The translations under genes were made by a program, and so were the position numbers. A model generated the notes under the pieces. It was not told the origin of the DNA. It saw only the letters and a list, made by a program, of their open reading frames with translations, and made no database searches. Shown here in pieces: positions 29,798 through 39,463 of a DNA stretch of 64,000 nucleotides (position 1 is its first letter; each line of letters starts with the position of its first letter). Origin of the DNA: Cenarchaeum sp. (GTDB taxonomy: Archaea; Thermoproteota; Nitrososphaeria; Nitrososphaerales; Nitrosopumilaceae); assembly GCA_965206845.1 (NCBI GenBank), contig OZ242221.1, positions 1,088,001 through 1,152,000 on the forward strand, read 5' to 3'.

Positions 29798-31780
29798 ATG
29801 AGATCCTACTATTCAAATGACTTGGAAGGGTTTCTGCACGACGATGCGGACAGCGTGTTTGGCGCGCTGGCCGCCGCGTCCGAGTACAGCCCGACCCGGG
29901 AGCAGAAGGATGCCTGGGTGGGCGAGATTCAGGTCCTCAGGGAAGCGATGCGCGGGTTTGCATCCGGGCACATCTTTTTGGAGTTTACGATACCCCGGAT
30001 GGGAAAGAGGGCGGATGCCATCCTGATCTTCTCCGGCGTGGTGTTCGTGATAGAGTTCAAGGTGGGGGAGACACAGTACCAGAAAGCCGACATAGATCAG
30101 TGCGTCGACTATGCGCTGGATCTGAAGAACTTTCACGTGGGGAGCTATGATGTGCCGATCGTGCCGATCCTAGTCGCCACCGACGCGCCCGACAACAGAA
30201 ACGAGTACAAGAAAGACGAGGACGGTGTCTTCCACCCGGTGGCGGTGAACGGGGGAGGACTTGGCGGGGCGGTTTTGGAGATTGCCAGCACGTGCAGCGC
30301 CGACGGGATTGACACAGGCAAGTGGGCGGGATCGGGCTACCGGCCCACACCCACCATAATAGAGGCGGCCCAGGCACTTTACGCAAGGCACGACGTCTCG
30401 GAGATAACCCGCTCTGAGGCGGGAGCCGAGAACCTCACCCGGACGGCAGACACCCTTGATGAGATAATAGACGAGTCCAAGAGACTCAAGAGAAAGTCGA
30501 TCTGCTTCGTGACCGGAGTGCCAGGAGCGGGCAAGACGCTGGCGGGGCTCAACCTTGCAAGCAGGAGGCAGGATCTCGCAAGGGAGGAACACGCGGTATT
30601 TCTGTCCGGCAACGGCCCGCTGATCCACGTTCTGCAGGAGGCTCTCGCGCGCGACGATGTAAAAAATTCCAAGCAGAACCCGGACAAGCCGAAGATCACC
30701 AAGGCAGGGGCCCTACGAAGGGCCAAGGTATTCATACAAAGCGTCAGCGGCTTTCTTGCCGAGTCGATGGAAGATGAGTCGGTACAGCACGAGCGGATTG
30801 TCATATTCGACGAGGCGCAGCGTGCCTGGGACAGTGACGCAATCGACAGGTTCGCAAAGAAGAAGAACAGGGAACCGCCCTGCATGTCGCAATCGGCGTT
30901 TCTGATCAGCGTGATGGACAGGCGCAGCGACTGGGCCGTGATAGTGTGCCTGGTGGGCGGGGGACAGGAGATCAACCACAACGAGGCCGGCCTGCCAGAA
31001 TGGTTCTCGGCCATACGGGACCGTTATCCCGGGTGGAGCGTGTACCTGTCAGATGAGATAACAGACGAGGAGTACGTGCAGGGGAGTAGCGTAGAGGGCA
31101 TGCTTGAGGGCATCAGCCCGAACTACCGCCTGGGACTGCACCTTGCCACTTCGATCAGATCCTTCCGAAGCAAGCACGTCTCTGGTTTCGTCAAGGCGCT
31201 CTTGGATCTTGACTCAAAAGAGGCTGGAAGGATACTGCGCGGGATGGACAAGTACCCGATCGTACTTACGCGGAACTTTGGGCTTGCAAAGAGGTGGCTG
31301 CGAGAGATGGCCCGCGGCAGCGAGAGGCTCGGCATAGTGGCGGCTGCAAAGTCATACCGCCTCAAGCCACATGGGATATACGTGGAGCTTGCGGTGGATG
31401 CCGCACACTGGTTCCTCAATCCCCCGGACGATCCGCGCTCCTCGTACAGCCTGGAGTACGCCGCCACGGAGTTCAAGATACAGGGTCTGGAGATTGACTG
31501 GGCGTGCGTCGCGTGGGATGCAGACTTGAGGTACGTCGGAACCGGATGGCAGCACCGGGAGTTCCGCGGCGACCGGTGGACCAGAATAGCAAAGGTGCAC
31601 AAGCAGAGATATCTGAAGAACGCGTACCGCGTCCTCCTGACCCGAGCAAGGCAAGGCATGGTCATCTTCGTGCCCGAGGGGGATCCCGAGGACGGCACCC
31701 GGAACCGCGAGTTCTACGACGGGACGTACCGCTACCTACTAGAAGCGGGCATAAGGGAGATCCGGGATCGTTCTGCCTGA
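29798..31780 (+). CDS. DUF2075 (Schlafen group-3-like) helicase with an N-terminal PD-(D/E)xK-like domain
   Basis: EF..PRMGKRAD...IEFK; GVPGAGKT; IFDEAQR; IQGLEID; NAYRVLLTRARQG. Confidence 0.88.
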   Translation: MRSYYSNDLEGFLHDDADSVFGALAAASEYSPTREQKDAWVGEIQVLREAMRGFASGHIFLEFTIPRMGKRADAILIFSGVVFVIEFKVGETQYQKADIDQCVDYALDLKNFHVGSYDVPIVPILVATDAPDNRNEYKKDEDGVFHPVAVNGGGLGGAVLEIASTCSADGIDTGKWAGSGYRPTPTIIEAAQALYARHDVSEITRSEAGAENLTRTADTLDEIIDESKRLKRKSICFVTGVPGAGKTLAGLNLASRRQDLAREEHAVFLSGNGPLIHVLQEALARDDVKNSKQNPDKPKITKAGALRRAKVFIQSVSGFLAESMEDESVQHERIVIFDEAQRAWDSDAIDRFAKKKNREPPCMSQSAFLISVMDRRSDWAVIVCLVGGGQEINHNEAGLPEWFSAIRDRYPGWSVYLSDEITDEEYVQGSSVEGMLEGISPNYRLGLHLATSIRSFRSKHVSGFVKALLDLDSKEAGRILRGMDKYPIVLTRNFGLAKRWLREMARGSERLGIVAAAKSYRLKPHGIYVELAVDAAHWFLNPPDDPRSSYSLEYAATEFKIQGLEIDWACVAWDADLRYVGTGWQHREFRGDRWTRIAKVHKQRYLKNAYRVLLTRARQGMVIFVPEGDPEDGTRNREFYDGTYRYLLEAGIREIRDRSA

Positions 31781-31833
31781 TCAGGCGCGGTTGCCATTTT
31801 GCGCCTCTGGTAATCTGCGCCTGGGGGTGGGGC

Positions 31834-32370
31834 TTAGAGCTCCAGGAACCTCTCGATCAGCCTTCTGCCGTCCTGGGTCGCCTCGGGGTGGAATTGCGTC
31901 CCAAAGATCCTCGAGTCCCGGAGCCAGATCATCTCGTACCTGCAGATGGGCGAGCTGGCAACGCACACGACGGGATCCGGCATCCTGGCGATCTCAAAGC
32001 GGTGGCTCTCAAAGACTAGCAGCCTGCCGCCTGGGATGGGGCTTTGGCCAGACACCTGTATGCTGTGCAGGCCCACCCTGAGCGAGTCGGAGCGCCTCAG
32101 CGTGCCGCCCATCGTCAGCGCAAGTATCTCGGCGCCGTAGCATATGCCCAGAAGCGGCTTTCCCTCGGATACGCAGTGCCTGATGATCCTGGAGTTGGGT
32201 ACGTTGGTTCTGGAGTCGTTTACCCTGCGGCCCGACAGGATGACCGAGTCGAATCCGTCTGGCGGGCCGACGTCGGCGCAGCGGACGGACTTGAAGCGCG
32301 CATTGCACGAGGTGAGTATCTCCTGCAGGTTTTTTGTGAACACGGATCCGTTGTCGACTACCAGCAGCAA
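31834..32370 (-). CDS. Class I glutamine amidotransferase
   Basis: VDNGS, PLLGICYG, GTQFHPE. Confidence 0.88.
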   Translation of the reverse strand: MLLVVDNGSVFTKNLQEILTSCNARFKSVRCADVGPPDGFDSVILSGRRVNDSRTNVPNSRIIRHCVSEGKPLLGICYGAEILALTMGGTLRRSDSLRVGLHSIQVSGQSPIPGGRLLVFESHRFEIARMPDPVVCVASSPICRYEMIWLRDSRIFGTQFHPEATQDGRRLIERFLEL

Positions 32371-35223
32371 CTAGCTGCCTACCTCTACTGAGATGTAGTG
32401 CATCTCGGTGATACCTTCGGTGTTTATTATGGTGCCAAAGTTGAAGACGTCCTCGCTCTCCTCCCACATGAAGACCCTGTCGGTCCTGGGCTTGACGTAG
32501 CTGCTGATGAACGTGTCTATCAGCTCCAGCGTGTCATCCGTCTCGGTGTCGGTGATGTAGAAGATCTCGCCCTCCTTGAAGGACAGCGTGACCTGGATCG
32601 ACGCGGGCCTGCTAATGCTGATGTCTTCTGCCTGGAACGCCGCTAACATCGTGTCTATGCGGTTCTCCCTTGTCAGCTCCGGCTGGTCGCCGTTGGTCAC
32701 GGCGCTCGTCGTGGCCACGCCCGAGAGCTTTTGGAGGTATGCGGTAAAGGCGGCCTCTTGCGTATCGCCGAGCCCTACATAGTACTCCCCGGTGAACGCG
32801 GCGCCCACCGCGGCGATGGTTCCCAGCTGCGCCACCACACCGCCGGCGCCGGCCGTATACACGGGGATGAAGTAGGTATCATGCTCGCCCACGTTGTACA
32901 GGATGTTGTCGCCGATCCTGGGGTTGCGCAGCAGGGTTCTGAGCTGTGCAAAGTCGGGATCCCTGTCCAGCGCCTCGCGGACGGCGGTGGGCCCGATCAG
33001 CTTGGTGGTGGAATTGAGCGGCACTTCGTAGAACCGCATGTTGCCCAGGCTGGAGAGGTCGTTCTCGACTATCATGTATCCGGCCAGGTTCCTGCCCTGG
33101 GAGCCGCGCAGCTCCAGCGACAGCAGCCCGACAAACTCCGTCTGGTTGAATCCCGGCGGCTTGGCCTCGATGTAGTAAGGGTTCAGGCCCCTGGGTATCT
33201 CGTAGAACTCGTTTGCCTGTATGAATGTCTCCACGTTGTCCACGTGGTATATGTTGTACATCTCGGTCTTCCAGGTGAAGAGCTCCACCGGGTACCGGAT
33301 CTGCTCCTCCAGCCAGCTGGGGACGGGCTCTAACCTGTCCTGGTATTGGCTGACGAACATGTCCGCAAAGAAGTCGTCTCCGGACTGCAGCAGCCTGATG
33401 TTGCCGTCGTACGTGTCGATCAGCGCATAGCCCACCAGCCTCAGGTACGGGTTGCCCATGGACCATGGCACGTCGTCGGTGTCAAAGCCCACTATCAGCG
33501 GGACAAGCCAGTACGAGTTCTCGCCGTCGGTCACCGGCAGCGAGTCCAGCTCGTTGTTGAACAGGTTGTAGAGAAAGTACGGGTACAGCGTCTCCATCCT
33601 CTCGGTGATGTCCTTGTACCTCATAAGGTGGACCGGCTCGGTCGGGAACGACAGCAGAAAGTTTGGCTCAAACATGTAGCTCAGGGGTGGCGGTACCGTG
33701 AGGCCTCCGGTCCCGTCATATGACACACCACCCAGCTCGGCGCTCTCTACCCTGTTGACGGGGTATGCGGACCACTCCTCCTCCAGCAGTCCACCCTCGC
33801 CGTAGTAGATGGTCCTCTGTGAGAAGAACTTCCCGCTGTCCACTATGCTGCCGTCTGTCGCCTGCAGGGTCAGAAAGCCGTTTGGAACGTGGGTATACAC
33901 AAGGTGCTCGTTGTACCACAGGTTGTCCTGGCTTACCGACGGGGGCGTTATGGGCTTCATGGATGCGGTCCAGTACAGCGTGTTGTTGAAGCGCAGGATG
34001 TCGTTGTCCTCAAAGTCCACGTAGGGAATCAGGCCGATCTCTGGCTTGAGCTTGGCAAAGGCGGCCTCCCAGTCCCAGACGCGGATCACGCCCAGCACGT
34101 CGCTGTTGCTCTCTACGTAGTTCTCAATGTTGTTGGGTGAGATGGACTTGAGCTGGACGTCGTGGGTGTTCTCGTTGATCTTGTCCAGCTCCCCCAGGTA
34201 CCTGTTGACGCCGATCTGCTGTGCGGTGTACGGGCCCAGGAACTCGATCTTCCTTGCGTCGGCGACGCTGTCGTTTACCGTTACGATGCCTGCGGGTATG
34301 ATGCCGATGGCCAAAAGTATGAGAATCCTGATGTACACGTCGCGCTTTAGCATGTGGGTCAGAATCCTGGCCCTGATCCGATCTGTGACCGCAAACGCAA
34401 TGAGCGCCACGCCTGCCAGCATTATGCCCGCAATCACATACCTGGTGTTGTAGTCGATCTCCGCCGTAAAGAAGAGGTTGAAGCCAGCCCACAGGACGCC
34501 GATCCCTATTATCGCCTCGATGGTGGCGACGTAGTTGAGGTACCGGGGCTTTCCGTCGGCGGTGTCCTTGATGTAGGATGTTATCACCTTGAGCATGTTG
34601 TGCGCGCCGACGTACAGGACCAGGCGTAGCCCGATTACGCTCAGCAGGGAGGGGATCAGGATGACCAGCGCCGGAACCATGGGGATTACGGTATCTGCCG
34701 CATAGGCGCTGTCCGTTGGCGGCGTCACAAACGGTAGCGTAAAGAGGACGGGCAGGTTCTCGACGCCCAAAGTGTTGCCGTCGTAGAACTCCACTGCGGC
34801 AAAGCCGAACATCACGTTTGTGAAGAAGGCGCCAAAGAGGAGTATCTTTGTGACCTGCCATATCGAGAACTGGACCAGGCCCATCTTGTAGTCGCGAAAG
34901 CCGTTGATGTTCTTTGCGATCGGATCCCGGGGGCCGCGGTTGATAAACGAGATGGCCGTGCTTATGCTGTACCAGAAGATCGAGGACCTGGACACAAAGT
35001 TCACCCTGACCAGGGCGATGACCGAGAGCACCAGGGCGGATATGACGGAGTAGTACAGCGGCTTTGTGAACTCGTCGGCGAACTCGCCAAAGTTCATCCA
35101 CAGCGTGATGCTCTGGTTCCCCGTTATGATGAATATGATGATGGCCAGTATTCCGACAACCGCCCACGGGACATACTTGCCCGCGTCTGGTGGGGGAGCC
35201 TTCTCGGTGGACGTGCTATACAA
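32371..35223 (-). CDS. UPF0182 family membrane protein
   Basis: Multi-TM N-half; IRVWD, HLVYTH, IYYGEG, IDTYDG, IRYP, PYY motifs. Confidence 0.85.
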   Translation of the reverse strand: MYSTSTEKAPPPDAGKYVPWAVVGILAIIIFIITGNQSITLWMNFGEFADEFTKPLYYSVISALVLSVIALVRVNFVSRSSIFWYSISTAISFINRGPRDPIAKNINGFRDYKMGLVQFSIWQVTKILLFGAFFTNVMFGFAAVEFYDGNTLGVENLPVLFTLPFVTPPTDSAYAADTVIPMVPALVILIPSLLSVIGLRLVLYVGAHNMLKVITSYIKDTADGKPRYLNYVATIEAIIGIGVLWAGFNLFFTAEIDYNTRYVIAGIMLAGVALIAFAVTDRIRARILTHMLKRDVYIRILILLAIGIIPAGIVTVNDSVADARKIEFLGPYTAQQIGVNRYLGELDKINENTHDVQLKSISPNNIENYVESNSDVLGVIRVWDWEAAFAKLKPEIGLIPYVDFEDNDILRFNNTLYWTASMKPITPPSVSQDNLWYNEHLVYTHVPNGFLTLQATDGSIVDSGKFFSQRTIYYGEGGLLEEEWSAYPVNRVESAELGGVSYDGTGGLTVPPPLSYMFEPNFLLSFPTEPVHLMRYKDITERMETLYPYFLYNLFNNELDSLPVTDGENSYWLVPLIVGFDTDDVPWSMGNPYLRLVGYALIDTYDGNIRLLQSGDDFFADMFVSQYQDRLEPVPSWLEEQIRYPVELFTWKTEMYNIYHVDNVETFIQANEFYEIPRGLNPYYIEAKPPGFNQTEFVGLLSLELRGSQGRNLAGYMIVENDLSSLGNMRFYEVPLNSTTKLIGPTAVREALDRDPDFAQLRTLLRNPRIGDNILYNVGEHDTYFIPVYTAGAGGVVAQLGTIAAVGAAFTGEYYVGLGDTQEAAFTAYLQKLSGVATTSAVTNGDQPELTRENRIDTMLAAFQAEDISISRPASIQVTLSFKEGEIFYITDTETDDTLELIDTFISSYVKPRTDRVFMWEESEDVFNFGTIINTEGITEMHYISVEVGS

Positions 35224-35357
35224 AACTGCTTTAGCTTGATATCTGCTAAATTAATGTCTTGCCACACGGCGTGCGGCATGCTGTGCCGGTGTACGCGTCC
35301 GTACAGGTTCCTGCTCCCGGCAGGCGGTCCTGCGCCATGGCAGGGGGGTGCGCGTAA

Positions 35358-35432
35358 AGGACTCGGAGGGCTTCGATCCCCCGATCTGGCGGTCCGAAGC
35401 CGCCCGCACTGTCCTGACTGTGCTACGAGTCC
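35358..35432 (-). tRNA. tRNA-Arg(TCG)
   Basis: GGACTCG/CGAGTCC acceptor, GCAC/GTGC D-stem, GGCGG-CTTCGGA-CCGCC; T-loop reads ATCGAAG. Confidence 0.9.
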
Positions 35433-35529
35433 AGCAGGACGGGGGCGGCGGCAACCTAAATACCTGACTTTTCGTGCCGGGCGTCCCGCATCGATAACCT
35501 AAATTACGGTTCGGGTTCCACCATATGCC

Positions 35530-36714
35530 TTGAAGGTGTCAAAGAAGGTGACCGGCGTGGAGTATGCCATCCGGGACATAGTTGAGGCTGCCAGGAGGGT
35601 CCAGCAGCGGGGCATACGTGTCGACTACCTCAACATAGGCGATCCTGTGCAGTACGGCTTTCAGCCTCCGGCAAACGTGAGGGAGGCCATGATAGACGCG
35701 ATCCGGAGGGGAGACAACTACTACTCGCACTCCGAGGGCCTGCCCGAGCTCAGGGCCGAGATCGCAAAAAAGGAGGAGTCCAAGGGTCTCTCGGTCACTG
35801 CGGACGACATCCTGGTCACCAACGGCGTCTCTGAGGCGCTGGACATGGTGATGTCCTCCATAGTGGAGGACGGGGACGAGGTCCTGCTCCCGGGACCCTA
35901 CTATCCACCGTATGCGTCATACATCCGGCTGCACGGGGGTGTGCCGGTGGAGTTTGCCGTGAACCCGGACGACCCGACGCCGGACATGGACGATATCCGC
36001 TCCCGGATCACGCCGAGGACCGTGGCAATATGCCTCATCTCGCCCAACAATCCCACGGGTGTGGTCTTTGACGGGCGGGCCCTCAAGGGCCTGGTGGACC
36101 TTGCCAACGAGCACGGCCTCTACATCATATGCGACGAGATATACGACAAGATAGTCTTTGACGGAGAGTTTACGGGCATGGGCGGCGCGTCCGGCGACTC
36201 GCCGGTCATAATCCTCAACGGCTTCTCCAAGGGGTACCTGATGACGGGGTGGCGGATAGGCTACATCGCCTTTAACCGGTCTCCGTCGCTGCAGCAGCTG
36301 AGGGAGAACCTGCCCAAGCTTGCGCGGGTGCGCATCTCCACAAACCTGCCGGTGCAGTACGGGGCTCTGGAGTCCCTTCGGGGGCCGCAGGATTACATAT
36401 CTGACTTTGTCTCGGAGATCAAGAAGCGCCGCGACATGGTGGTAAAGCGCCTCAACTCGATCCCCGGCCTGTCGTGCTCCAATCCCCGGGGGGCGTTCTA
36501 CGTCTTTCCGAGGATAGAGCACAACCCGTTCCCGTCTGACCTGGAGTTCGTCTTGGGGCTGCTGGAGAAGGGTGTGCTGGCGGTTCACGGCTCCGGCTTT
36601 GGGGCGCAGCACGGCTCGAACCACTTTCGGCTTGTGTTCCTGCCGCACCCGGACATACTGGACTCGGCGCTCGACAGGATCGAGTCCTTTGTGGGCACGG
36701 CCATGCGGCCCTAG
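35530..36714 (+). CDS. PLP-dependent aminotransferase class I/II
   Basis: LNIGDP, SPNNPTG, DEIYD, GFSKGYLMTGWRIGY. Confidence 0.92.
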   Translation: MKVSKKVTGVEYAIRDIVEAARRVQQRGIRVDYLNIGDPVQYGFQPPANVREAMIDAIRRGDNYYSHSEGLPELRAEIAKKEESKGLSVTADDILVTNGVSEALDMVMSSIVEDGDEVLLPGPYYPPYASYIRLHGGVPVEFAVNPDDPTPDMDDIRSRITPRTVAICLISPNNPTGVVFDGRALKGLVDLANEHGLYIICDEIYDKIVFDGEFTGMGGASGDSPVIILNGFSKGYLMTGWRIGYIAFNRSPSLQQLRENLPKLARVRISTNLPVQYGALESLRGPQDYISDFVSEIKKRRDMVVKRLNSIPGLSCSNPRGAFYVFPRIEHNPFPSDLEFVLGLLEKGVLAVHGSGFGAQHGSNHFRLVFLPHPDILDSALDRIESFVGTAMRP

Positions 36715-36718
36715 CCGG

Positions 36719-37108
36719 TCAGTACTGCCAGCCCCATGTCCTGTCGGGCGTGATCTCTACGATGCAGTCCGTGTCATCAAGCAGGTCCTGCGCGGCCCTG
36801 GTCATGCTCTCAAAGTACCGCATCAGGATCCTGGTTGCGATCCCCTTGACGCTGGAGTCCAGGATGAGCCGGGCGCGGCCTTGGCCTGCCACGCCGTATA
36901 TGTTCGGCGCGTTTATCCCCACGTCCACGCAAAAGCCGACCCGGTCGTCCCTTTGGATGTTTCTTACCTTTCTGCTCTTTGCGCTGGTGCCGATGTAGAA
37001 TTTTCCTGCGTCGTACAGGTACCATAGCGGCGTCACGTGCGGCCCGCCGTCCTCGGCGGTGGCAAGCCGGATTATCCGGGAGTCGCGCAGGAAATCATCG
37101 CGGCGCAA
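36719..37108 (-). CDS. Pyridoxamine 5'-phosphate oxidase-family (possibly F420-binding) protein
   Basis: RLAT..GGPHVTPLWY, SRKVRNI..DDRV; lies near an F420 reductase. Confidence 0.8.
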   Translation of the reverse strand: MRRDDFLRDSRIIRLATAEDGGPHVTPLWYLYDAGKFYIGTSAKSRKVRNIQRDDRVGFCVDVGINAPNIYGVAGQGRARLILDSSVKGIATRILMRYFESMTRAAQDLLDDTDCIVEITPDRTWGWQY

Positions 37109-37328
37109 CGTTCTTCCTAAACCCCATGGCTATCATGAATGCCCCAAAGGCGATCATCGCAAGAGAGAGCTTCTCGTTTGTGAACTCCGCGCTCAGTATA
37201 AAGTCCAGCACAAAGTCCGGAGTCCACAGGGCAACCTGTCTCGCGAGCGTGATGCATGCCATAATTATGAACAGGAGTCCGATGGCGGTGTACCAGTTCC
37301 TGCCGCGGCGGTAGTATTCGGTGCTCAT
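37095..37328 (-). CDS. Small two-TM membrane protein
   Basis: Two hydrophobic helices; operonic spacing. Confidence 0.65.
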   Translation of the reverse strand: MSTEYYRRGRNWYTAIGLLFIIMACITLARQVALWTPDFVLDFILSAEFTNEKLSLAMIAFGAFMIAMGFRKNVAPR

Positions 37329-37335
37329 GCCGGGA

Positions 37336-38007
37336 CTAGACAACCTTGATGCCGGGATTCCTGATCTTGTTTCTTATCATGGCGTTGAGGAGCAGCGGCG
37401 TTGCGATCTCTGCCATATACGCAAGCTTTCCCGGTCCCAGACGTATGGGGCGTAGCCCGTCGATCTCGCTTATCAGGCCTTCGACTGTGGCGGTGGCCTC
37501 CCTGTCATCCCCGCACACAAATATGTCATAGTTCAGCTGCAGCTTTGGGTTTGCCAGCTTCTTCTCGGATATTACATGAAACGCAGATACCACGCGGGAC
37601 GCATCTTTTGCGTGCCTTGAGACCATCACGTGGGACGACTCCCTGCCGTCCATCATCGGAATGAACTCAAAGCCGGTGTCGGTCTTGACCATGGGTACTA
37701 TGGGCGATACCACGACGCACCCGTCTCCTGCCGCAGACAGCACCTGGGGGCACACCGAGTCGATGTTCTCATACGGTATGGACAGTATCAGAACGTCGCT
37801 CTGCCTTGCGACCTCTGCGTTGCCGTCCCCTGAGATGGTGCCGCCTATGTCGCCGTGGATCCCCCTTGCAAGCTCCAGGTATTCGCTGGCTGCCACAGCG
37901 GCCCTTCCGGCATCCCTGGAGCCTATCAGGATCTCGTGCCTTGTGCACCACCGCAACGCAAACCCCCTTCCCATTCCGCCGGTGCCTCCGATGATGCCGA
38001 TTCTCAC
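37336..38007 (-). CDS. npdG: NADPH-dependent F420 reductase
   Basis: IGIIGGTGGMGRG, IGSRD..RA, VVSAFH, VCGDD. Confidence 0.88.
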   Translation of the reverse strand: MRIGIIGGTGGMGRGFALRWCTRHEILIGSRDAGRAAVAASEYLELARGIHGDIGGTISGDGNAEVARQSDVLILSIPYENIDSVCPQVLSAAGDGCVVVSPIVPMVKTDTGFEFIPMMDGRESSHVMVSRHAKDASRVVSAFHVISEKKLANPKLQLNYDIFVCGDDREATATVEGLISEIDGLRPIRLGPGKLAYMAEIATPLLLNAMIRNKIRNPGIKVV

Positions 38008-38056
38008 AGCAATCGTCTGGGAATGTTATTATTATCTCTATGCGAAGGCAGTGGAC

Positions 38057-38680
38057 TTGTCGCTGATAGTATTTTTGAGGCACGGCCAGGCACTAAACAA
38101 CGTGCAGAAGATTCTTGCAGGCAGGACGCCTGGCTACGAGCTGACGCAGAAGGGAGTGGAGCAGGCCCGGGCAGCGGCACGGATGCTCCGGCCCCTTGGC
38201 ATATCCCACATATACTGCAGCCCCATCGAGCGCGCGCGCCAGACCGCCGGTATCGTGGCAGGGGAGGTATCGGCAGACGTCACCCCGGATGACCGCCTCC
38301 TGGAGCTGGACATGGGCAGTTTTACCGGCATGAGATATGACGACATCGAGCCCAGGTACGGAAACGTCTTTGAAAAGTTCTACCACGGCAGCCCGGATAT
38401 TGAGGAGAACGGCATCGAGTCCTTTGCCGATGTGAGGCAGCGGGTGGCCGACATGGCAGACCATATAGTCCGGAGCCACCCCGAGGAGAACACCCTGCTG
38501 GTGACCCACATGGATCCCGTCAAGGCCATGCTGGCAAACGTGACGGGCCTGAACCCGCACTCGCTGTACCGGCTGATAATCGCAAACGCGTCACTGAACA
38601 TATTTGCGCAGCACCAAGGCGAGATCTATCTCATGGGCCTCAATGTCGTGGACACCGCAAGGTTCAACGACGTATGGTAG
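38057..38680 (+). CDS. Histidine phosphatase / phosphoglycerate mutase family protein
   Basis: LRHGQ, CSPIERARQTA, LLVTH. Confidence 0.88.
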   Translation: MSLIVFLRHGQALNNVQKILAGRTPGYELTQKGVEQARAAARMLRPLGISHIYCSPIERARQTAGIVAGEVSADVTPDDRLLELDMGSFTGMRYDDIEPRYGNVFEKFYHGSPDIEENGIESFADVRQRVADMADHIVRSHPEENTLLVTHMDPVKAMLANVTGLNPHSLYRLIIANASLNIFAQHQGEIYLMGLNVVDTARFNDVW

Positions 38681-39426
38681 CCCCAGAGCACAAGGCTTTG
38701 TGCTTTCACCAAGCAGAGAATTCACTGACGGTGATGGCGTATTTGCCTGATGAGGATGTGCGGGCAAGAGCCCGAATGCCAGTCATCCATGTGCAAGACG
38801 GACATTGCCATGGCTGTACATCTCTTGGCAGCTCCTGCCATGGAGCAATAGGTGGTACCTCCGATGCCGAGAAAGGAGCATGCGGAGACCGGAGCCTTTC
38901 CAGACCGGACAGGTCGTTGCCGATTCTAGGAAGAATCATGGTATGGATAAAAAAAGAGGCAAGGAAGGCCGCCCACCGGATGGCAGACGGAGATATACAG
39001 ACTCGCACGAGACGGTGTGGTTCTAGGGGATATTCCAAAAAGATTCACGTAAGGAGGCATGCCAGAAAAACAGAAGCCAAAGAGAACAAAAAGTTTCAGA
39101 AATGGGTAGATGCCAACGTCAAAGGGAAGACAAGGAGCATCTGATGGCGGCTATACTTGATGGTGTCCGGCCTGCGCGCCCACCAACGCAGTCATGACGC
39201 AAGGTACAAGCCGAGATGGAAAACCTGCCATGGCACAGGACGGACCAGGCGCAGGGAGTAGTTTTGAGCGTAACGCACAGCAATCGGTTGGAGTCAGAGC
39301 CGGTGTCCTAATGTCTGCAGCCATGGTACATGCTTGTATTGATCATAAATGCAGAAAACTGCCCATTCTAGATTATACACTTTCGCGAAATCGTATATGG
39401 GTGATACATATAGGATTATATGTGCA

Positions 39427-39442
39427 GAAAAAGCTTTAAATT
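39427..39442 (+). promoter_or_regulatory. BRE-TATA promoter of the GHKL-AbiE operon
   Basis: GAAAAAGC-TTTAAATT about 24 nt upstream of ATG 39464. Confidence 0.6.
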
Positions 39443-39463
39443 CTAGATTTATGCTCCTTAGAT

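Noticed and set aside
20857-31780. tRNA-Gly as the integration site of the 22-32 kb island
   Set aside because: No integrase and no duplicated tRNA 3' end seen, and a host-like gene lies between the tRNA and the island.
38674-39439. ORFs 38674-39144 and 39194-39439 as genes or an IS5 remnant
   Set aside because: No recognisable motifs and atypical composition; probably decayed foreign DNA that I cannot assign.
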